Below, in pieces: positions 59,229 to 64,000 of a stretch of DNA of 64,000 nucleotides. Source of the DNA: Candidatus Kaiserbacteria bacterium. GTDB lineage: Bacteria > Patescibacteriota > Minisyncoccia > Phycocordibacterales > JABMNX01. Under the pieces are notes generated by a model. It searched no databases, was not told the origin of the DNA, and saw only the letters and a list, made by a program, of their open reading frames with translations. Every line of letters starts with the position of its first letter. Positions within the stretch are counted from its first letter, which is position 1. The position numbers were made by a program, and so were the translations under genes. The stretch is taken from NCBI GenBank assembly GCA_016186705.1, contig JACPLB010000006.1, forward strand, positions 16,325-80,324, read 5' to 3'.

Positions 59229-59360
59229 ATGACCAAGCGTCTCTCCGCCATTCGGCCGCCGGGGACAACGAGTCTCCTGCGTCCGAAACACCAGATCGGC
59301 ATCTCCGCGGAAGTCCGCACCGACTTCAAGACGAACGTCGGCGACCTCGACACCGCCTAG
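59229..59360 (+). CDS. Putative 43-aa peptide
   Basis: GGAAGGA SD-like sequence, MTKRLSAIRPPGTTSLLRPKHQIGISAEVRTDFKTNVGDLDTA*, GC-rich third positions. Confidence 0.4.
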   Translation: MTKRLSAIRPPGTTSLLRPKHQIGISAEVRTDFKTNVGDLDTA

Positions 59361-59640
59361 CCACTCAACGGCGAGGCACGTGTTTCACCTCTAGTTAATT
59401 GCCGGCGTCCAACCTTCGGGATGGACCGTCACGCCGGCAATAAGGGGATTGTGGCGATCTCCTCTCTACGGGATAGCGCAAGCCACTTTCCCCCGCCCCG
59501 GCGCAGGTTCTCCTCCTGCCGCCGGGGCTCTACTTTTTTATACTAAAGGGAACGGTAACTTGACAGAGATATAATTTTATGTTTATAATGTAGCTTGAGG
59601 TTCTTTTGCAGTTGTATATCACTCATTCACGGAGGTTCCG

Positions 59641-60387
59641 ATGGGTAACATTTCCATTCTTCTCATCGGCCGTGGGCAGATGGGAAAAGACGAAGAGGCA
59701 CATTTACGCACTTGCTTCCCTGAGATTGATGGCATTTCCTACGTCAATGGGGAGAATCTCTCCACCTTCAAACTCTCGCGGATTGCGTATGACTCAGACG
59801 TGATGGTCTTGGTGGACCCGCGTCAGTTGCCGCGCACGGTTGATATCGTCCGCGGAGCACTCGGACAGCAATCAAAAACGATGCTGTTCTGTGGCGACAC
59901 ACAACATCTCGAACTCCGCTCGGTTTCTTTGGAGCTCGTTGATTTTGTTCTGCAGGAAGCTGAAATTCGTTTCCTAGAGAGCATACCGCATTCTCAGTAT
60001 AACGTTGCCTTCTCAATGATTGAGAAAACCGAAGACCGCGAAGAGTACATCTGGCGGATGGTTCGGAATGCCCGCATCAGCACCCTGTCCCCGCACTTTA
60101 CCTCGTGGAGACCCAGCAGTCCCGAACAGTGGGAAGAGCTTGTCACGCATCATCGCCCAAACTTGGTTGTCATGAGTATGGGGGACAGGAACGTGCGGTT
60201 CGCGTATCACGCGCTCCTTGCACGGCGTCCGAGGGAAGAACGGATTAAGAATGTCCAGAGGCAAGGACATATCCCAAATCACTTTCCTCATGCGATTTTC
60301 TACATGAAGAAAGACAAAAACGGCAAAGAATCACTAGCACTCTGTGAAGTTCGACTGAAGTTTAAGACGGTCGAGCAGAGCACTTGA
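59641..60387 (+). CDS. Hypothetical protein (stand-alone ORFan)
   Basis: TTGACA-18-TATAAT (59560-59589), SD GGAGG, hairpin + T-run after the stop. Confidence 0.65.
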   Translation: MGNISILLIGRGQMGKDEEAHLRTCFPEIDGISYVNGENLSTFKLSRIAYDSDVMVLVDPRQLPRTVDIVRGALGQQSKTMLFCGDTQHLELRSVSLELVDFVLQEAEIRFLESIPHSQYNVAFSMIEKTEDREEYIWRMVRNARISTLSPHFTSWRPSSPEQWEELVTHHRPNLVVMSMGDRNVRFAYHALLARRPREERIKNVQRQGHIPNHFPHAIFYMKKDKNGKESLALCEVRLKFKTVEQST

Positions 60388-60490
60388 CCCCTAGGCAACA
60401 TGCCCGGGGGTTTCCTTTTTAATAAGAAAAAACGTATCGTGTGTATAGTATACTCGTCTCTTCTTTGTATTTCGGGTATACTTTTTGCAT

Positions 60491-60976
60491 ATGAAAGACG
60501 ACCAGGGAGTGTGGAATTTTATCTTTTCACTGTTCTTTCTCGCGGTGTTTGCGGGTGCGCTCTGGGCGCTTTTCGCTCTCGGACGGCTCCCGATAGCGAT
60601 TACCGTCTTTGATTTTATACTTGTTATTCTCGCGACGCTCCGCGTAACGCGGCTTTTTGTCTACGACAAAGTCACGCAATTTATTCGCGACTGGTTTATG
60701 CGAAAGGAGATTATGGAAGGAGACGGGGGAGAAATTGTCATTGTCCGCCAAAAACTTGCTAGAGGACCGCGCCGTACGATACATGAACTCCTCTCATGTC
60801 CGTGGTGTTTCGGCATCTGGTCGGGGCTCTCCGTGTCATTTTTTTATTACCTCACGCCGCTTGCGTGGTTTCCAATTCTTGTCCTCGCTGTCTCCGGCGC
60901 AGGCACCATGCTCCAGCTTCTCTCAAATATGATAGGGTGGCGCGCCGAGTATCTGAAGAAGAAAACAGAAGAATAA
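60491..60976 (+). CDS. DUF1360-family membrane protein
   Basis: LA..RVTRL.V.D.VT..IR and ELLSCPWC..IW. Confidence 0.85.
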   Translation: MKDDQGVWNFIFSLFFLAVFAGALWALFALGRLPIAITVFDFILVILATLRVTRLFVYDKVTQFIRDWFMRKEIMEGDGGEIVIVRQKLARGPRRTIHELLSCPWCFGIWSGLSVSFFYYLTPLAWFPILVLAVSGAGTMLQLLSNMIGWRAEYLKKKTEE

Positions 60977-61003
60977 TCAATGCGCAAAACGAACAGGGGG
61001 GCT

Positions 61004-61264
61004 CTAAAGCCCCCCTCCCTTGGTGTTTTTAAACTCCTCCTTAATTTGGCGTCGTGCATTTTCCTCGCATTTGGGCGAGTCGCAAATGTATCGCATAACG
61101 ACGCGGCCGTTTCCGGCGCGAATGGCAGGGAAGAGAAAGTCTCTTTCTTTGCCATTCTCTGCTCCGCACAAGGTCGCAGTTGCGGGGTCAGGACAACAAC
61201 AGCAGCGTATTGAGGAGGGATGTTTCCCGCCCTCTCGTCTCAATGATTCCAACTGGAATTCCAT
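61004..61264 (-). CDS. Possible small Cys-rich (Zn-binding) protein
   Basis: SD GAGGGG before ATG 61264; RCCCCPDPAT...ICDSPKC. Confidence 0.45.
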   Translation of the reverse strand: MEFQLESLRREGGKHPSSIRCCCCPDPATATLCGAENGKERDFLFPAIRAGNGRVVMRYICDSPKCEENARRQIKEEFKNTKGGGL

Positions 61265-61372
61265 ACATACCCCCTCAAAATTGGAAGATTTCCTGCACAC
61301 CATCGTACACCTTACGATTGATATTGGAAATCTTGACTGCAAGCTCGCTTTGGGGTAAGGTGTGCAGTATTG

Positions 61373-61530
61373 GACTGAAGACAGCCCCGACGCACAGTCG
61401 GGGTCCCGACTGAAACGTCGGGACAGGAAGCCGTAAGGCGTTAATAATCCGTAAGGACCCTGCCGAGGTTGAGCCGGACGAATACCGGCGAAATCCCGCT
61501 CCGCGGGATTCTCGAACACCCACTTCAGAC
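61373..61530 (+). promoter_or_regulatory. Ribosomal protein L10 leader RNA carrying a 39-nt insertion
   Basis: GAAGACAG[insert]CAGG...TTAAT...CCTGCCGAGG; CTGAAG/CTTCAG closing stem; directly upstream of rplJ. Confidence 0.8.
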
Positions 61531-61568
61531 CGTTTCGGTCGATTTTTATTTTTACCGTTTATATCGGT

Positions 61569-62057
61569 ATGGCAAAAACAAAACAGCAAAAAGTTGAGAT
61601 ACTTGAGAAGATTAAAGACGCTATCGCGAACGCCGCGTCAGTCGTCTTTGTAAATTTCCACGGACTCGGCGTCTCTGAGGCGAACAATATGCGCAACGCG
61701 CTCAAAGAGGAAGGTATCAGGTATTTCGTCTCGAAAAAAACACTCATTCGGCGGGCTCTTGAAGATGCGAAACTTCCCGGAGATATACCCGTGCTTGATG
61801 GAGAACTTGCGATTGCGTGGGGAGACGACTCAATTGCTCCGGCGAGAGGAATCAATACATTCGCGACAAAATACGAAGGGAAGCTCTCCATTCTCGGCGG
61901 CATCTTTGAGCGACGACTCATAGGAAAAGAAGAAATGCTGGCTATCGCGTCAATTCCGCCGCTCAAAACTCTCTACGGGCAATTTGTAAACATCATCAAT
62001 AGCCCGATACAGGGTTTTGTGATGGCACTCGGTCAAATAGCCGAGCAAAAGTCCTAA
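61569..62057 (+). CDS. rplJ: 50S ribosomal protein L10
   Basis: K.QK, F.GL.V, R..L, V.KKTL...AL, LGGIFE, IA.IP. Confidence 0.95.
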   Translation: MAKTKQQKVEILEKIKDAIANAASVVFVNFHGLGVSEANNMRNALKEEGIRYFVSKKTLIRRALEDAKLPGDIPVLDGELAIAWGDDSIAPARGINTFATKYEGKLSILGGIFERRLIGKEEMLAIASIPPLKTLYGQFVNIINSPIQGFVMALGQIAEQKS

Positions 62058-62104
62058 TCATTAACAACTAAAAACTAAACACTCATAGCTCGAAGCTAAA
62101 AACC

Positions 62105-62587
62105 ATGACAGAAGAAACAAAGAAGACGGAAAAAAAACAGGAAGCACCCGCCGAAGCACAGAAACTTGAGGCAACAGAAACTCCGACAGCTACGCCTACA
62201 GAAAGCGTAGAAGTTCCCGCAAAATTCAAAAAACTCATCAACGACATTGAGGCAATGACGGTACTTGAGCTTCATGAACTCGTAAAAGTGCTTGAGAAAA
62301 AATTCGGCGTCTCGGCAGTCGCTGTCGCGGCGGCACCTGGAGGCGCGGGAGGCGAAGGCAATGCGACTGAAGAGAAAAGTATCTTTTCAATCGAACTCTC
62401 AAGCGCCGGAGCCCAAAAGATTGCCGTTATTAAAGTAGTCAAAGACGTGCTCGCGCTCGGACTCAAGGAAGCAAAAGACCTTGTTGAGAGCGCACCGGCT
62501 CTCTTGAAGGAGGGTGTGAAGAAAGAAGAGGCGGAAGAGATAAAAAAGAAAATTGAGACGGCAGGAGGCAAAGTTACGTTAAAGTAA
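62105..62587 (+). CDS. rplL: 50S ribosomal protein L7/L12 with an N-terminal extension
   Basis: [39 protein letters not shown]. Confidence 0.97.
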   Translation: MTEETKKTEKKQEAPAEAQKLEATETPTATPTESVEVPAKFKKLINDIEAMTVLELHELVKVLEKKFGVSAVAVAAAPGGAGGEGNATEEKSIFSIELSSAGAQKIAVIKVVKDVLALGLKEAKDLVESAPALLKEGVKKEEAEEIKKKIETAGGKVTLK

Positions 62588-62716
62588 CATTACTCTGGAA
62601 TGCGAAAGTGCGAGTCGCCAGCTCGTATTTCTCGTAAACCAACGACACAGCCGCCTGAAAAAGGCGGCTGTGTCATCCGGTTGCGTTCCGTAGGAAGGGG
62701 GGTACAATACCGGCAT

Positions 62717-63358
62717 ATGGAGACTCTCGACATACTACTTGGAGGCGCCCATCGGGTGAAAATCCTCCGCCTCTTCGTGTTTAACGAAGGGGATACGTTT
62801 GAACTAAAGGATATTGCTCGCCGAACAAGGACAACTATCTCGTCCACCCGAAAGGAGACAGCGATGATGGAGAAAGTAGGTCTCCTCAAGCGCCGCGTGT
62901 TTTTCACTTCCATGACACGGCGCGGAAAGAAAGGAAAGACAGCAAAGAAAAAAGCGCGTGGTTTTACGCTTAATCCGAAATTCAAGTACCTCACGGCGCT
63001 TCGCACCTTTCTTTTGACGGCGGCTCCTATTCAGCACAACGAAATAGTGAAAAGACTCAACACCACTGGGCGATGCAAGCTCATCGTCATTGCCGGTACG
63101 TTCATCCAAGACGTGAACGGTAACGTCGACCTCTTGATTGTCGGCGATAATATCAGCGAACCGCGGCTTGAACGTGCGGTGCGGGACATTGAAGCAAAAC
63201 TTGGCAGGGAACTTCGATACGCAAACTTTTCGACTCATGATTTCGCGTATCGCATGAACATTTACGATAAACTTTTGCGCGATATTTTCGACTACCCTCA
63301 CCAGACGCTCTTAAACCGTCTCGGGAGAGAATACAACGGCGGAGACATCCCTCAATAA
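62717..63358 (+). CDS. wHTH + nucleotidyltransferase-like domain protein (common in CPR)
   Basis: LLG...RVKILRLF HTH; G.F....VDLLIVGD MNT-like motif; start re-assigned. Confidence 0.75.
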   Translation: METLDILLGGAHRVKILRLFVFNEGDTFELKDIARRTRTTISSTRKETAMMEKVGLLKRRVFFTSMTRRGKKGKTAKKKARGFTLNPKFKYLTALRTFLLTAAPIQHNEIVKRLNTTGRCKLIVIAGTFIQDVNGNVDLLIVGDNISEPRLERAVRDIEAKLGRELRYANFSTHDFAYRMNIYDKLLRDIFDYPHQTLLNRLGREYNGGDIPQ

Positions 63359-63577
63359 GGCATTCTACGGCTCTACCTCTTGCTGTGATTGTCCACAGGA
63401 ATGGGCACACCACCTCTGTGTCAATGGTATGATGTAGCTATACGCACAGATTGCGTATCTATCAAGGTCGATGGCATTACAGCCACTTAAATCATAGTAC
63501 ATTCGGGCATCCCGCCCGATTTATCCTAGGCGTCTGCTCCTCTCCATACGGGAATCGGGGCAGTCGACATATACAAT

Positions 63578-64000
63578 ATGTTATTACAAACATGGACTGA
63601 GGTGCTCCAGCAGTCATTCCAAGACCTCTGGCTCGGCATCGTCGCATTCGTACCAAGTCTGCTCGTAGCGTTGATTATCTTCGTTATCGGCTGGATTATC
63701 GGTGCGGTGCTCGGACGCGTTGTCGCGCAGATTGTTGGATCTCTCAAAATAGATAATGCACTTCGCAGCGCCGGATTTGAAGACACCTTCAATCGTGCCG
63801 GCTTCAATCTCAATTCGGGAGCGTTTCTCGGGGGATTGGTGAAGTGGTTCATTATCATCGTCTTCTTGGTCGCCGCGCTTGAAGTGCTCGGCTTAAGCCA
63901 AGTAAACGTATTCTTGCAGGAAGTCGTGCTTCTCTACCTCCCACAAGTCATTGTGGCGGTTCTCATTCTCTTGGTAGCGGCAGTCATCGCTGAAGTTGCG
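63578..64000 (+). CDS. Partial CmpX/MscS-associated TM-helix repeat protein
   Basis: Manual translation MLLQTWTEVLQQSFQDLW...FVPSLLVALIIFVIGW...LVKWFIIIVFLVAALEVLGL...YLPQVIVAV; open to the window end. Confidence 0.85.
   Translation, partial: MLLQTWTEVLQQSFQDLWLGIVAFVPSLLVALIIFVIGWIIGAVLGRVVAQIVGSLKIDNALRSAGFEDTFNRAGFNLNSGAFLGGLVKWFIIIVFLVAALEVLGLSQVNVFLQEVVLLYLPQVIVAVLILLVAAVIAEVA

Noticed and set aside
61265-61589. Minus-strand ORFs 61004..61519 (5' part) and 61275..61589
   Set aside because: They overlap the L10 leader and rplJ start; GC-rich RNA structure explains the open frames.
62717-63358. MNT-HEPN toxin-antitoxin pair
   Set aside because: The nucleotidyltransferase-like motif is partial and there is no adjacent HEPN gene; this is a common stand-alone CPR protein.

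Overview
This window is a chromosomal segment of a Patescibacteria (CPR) bacterium, most likely Parcubacteria/OD1. That call is inferred from gene content: pilMNO, DUF5652/DUF5673/DUF2914-like genes, alpha2-type GlyRS, IleRS with an inserted domain, and rplK without rplA. It uses the standard code 11. Most of it is housekeeping: five tRNAs (Ser-TGA, Arg-TCT, Val-TAC, Leu-GAG, His-GTG), argS/ileS/glyQS/metG, secE-nusG-rplK, a folate/dTMP cluster, rpsF-ssb-rpsR, efp, recA, ftsK and rplJL. The most unusual parts are: (1) 1-4651, an islet with a truncated possible YcaO gene, two Gly/Ser/Cys-rich precursor-like proteins that seem to carry the two halves of one split domain, a degenerate C39-like/TPR protein and a convergent duplicated domain; (2) a HEPN-like islet at tRNA-Ser; (3) small structured elements with target duplications beside three tRNAs; (4) a four-helix-bundle/wHTH gene divergent from ftsK whose promoter and coding sequence are packed with (A/G)GACA repeats; (5) a lone PaaX/Cas2-like gene with four copies of a ~40-bp palindrome that punctuate a surface-protein region; (6) mini-palindromes inserted into RluA and into the L10 leader. 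All family calls come from motif recognition by eye; no searches were run.
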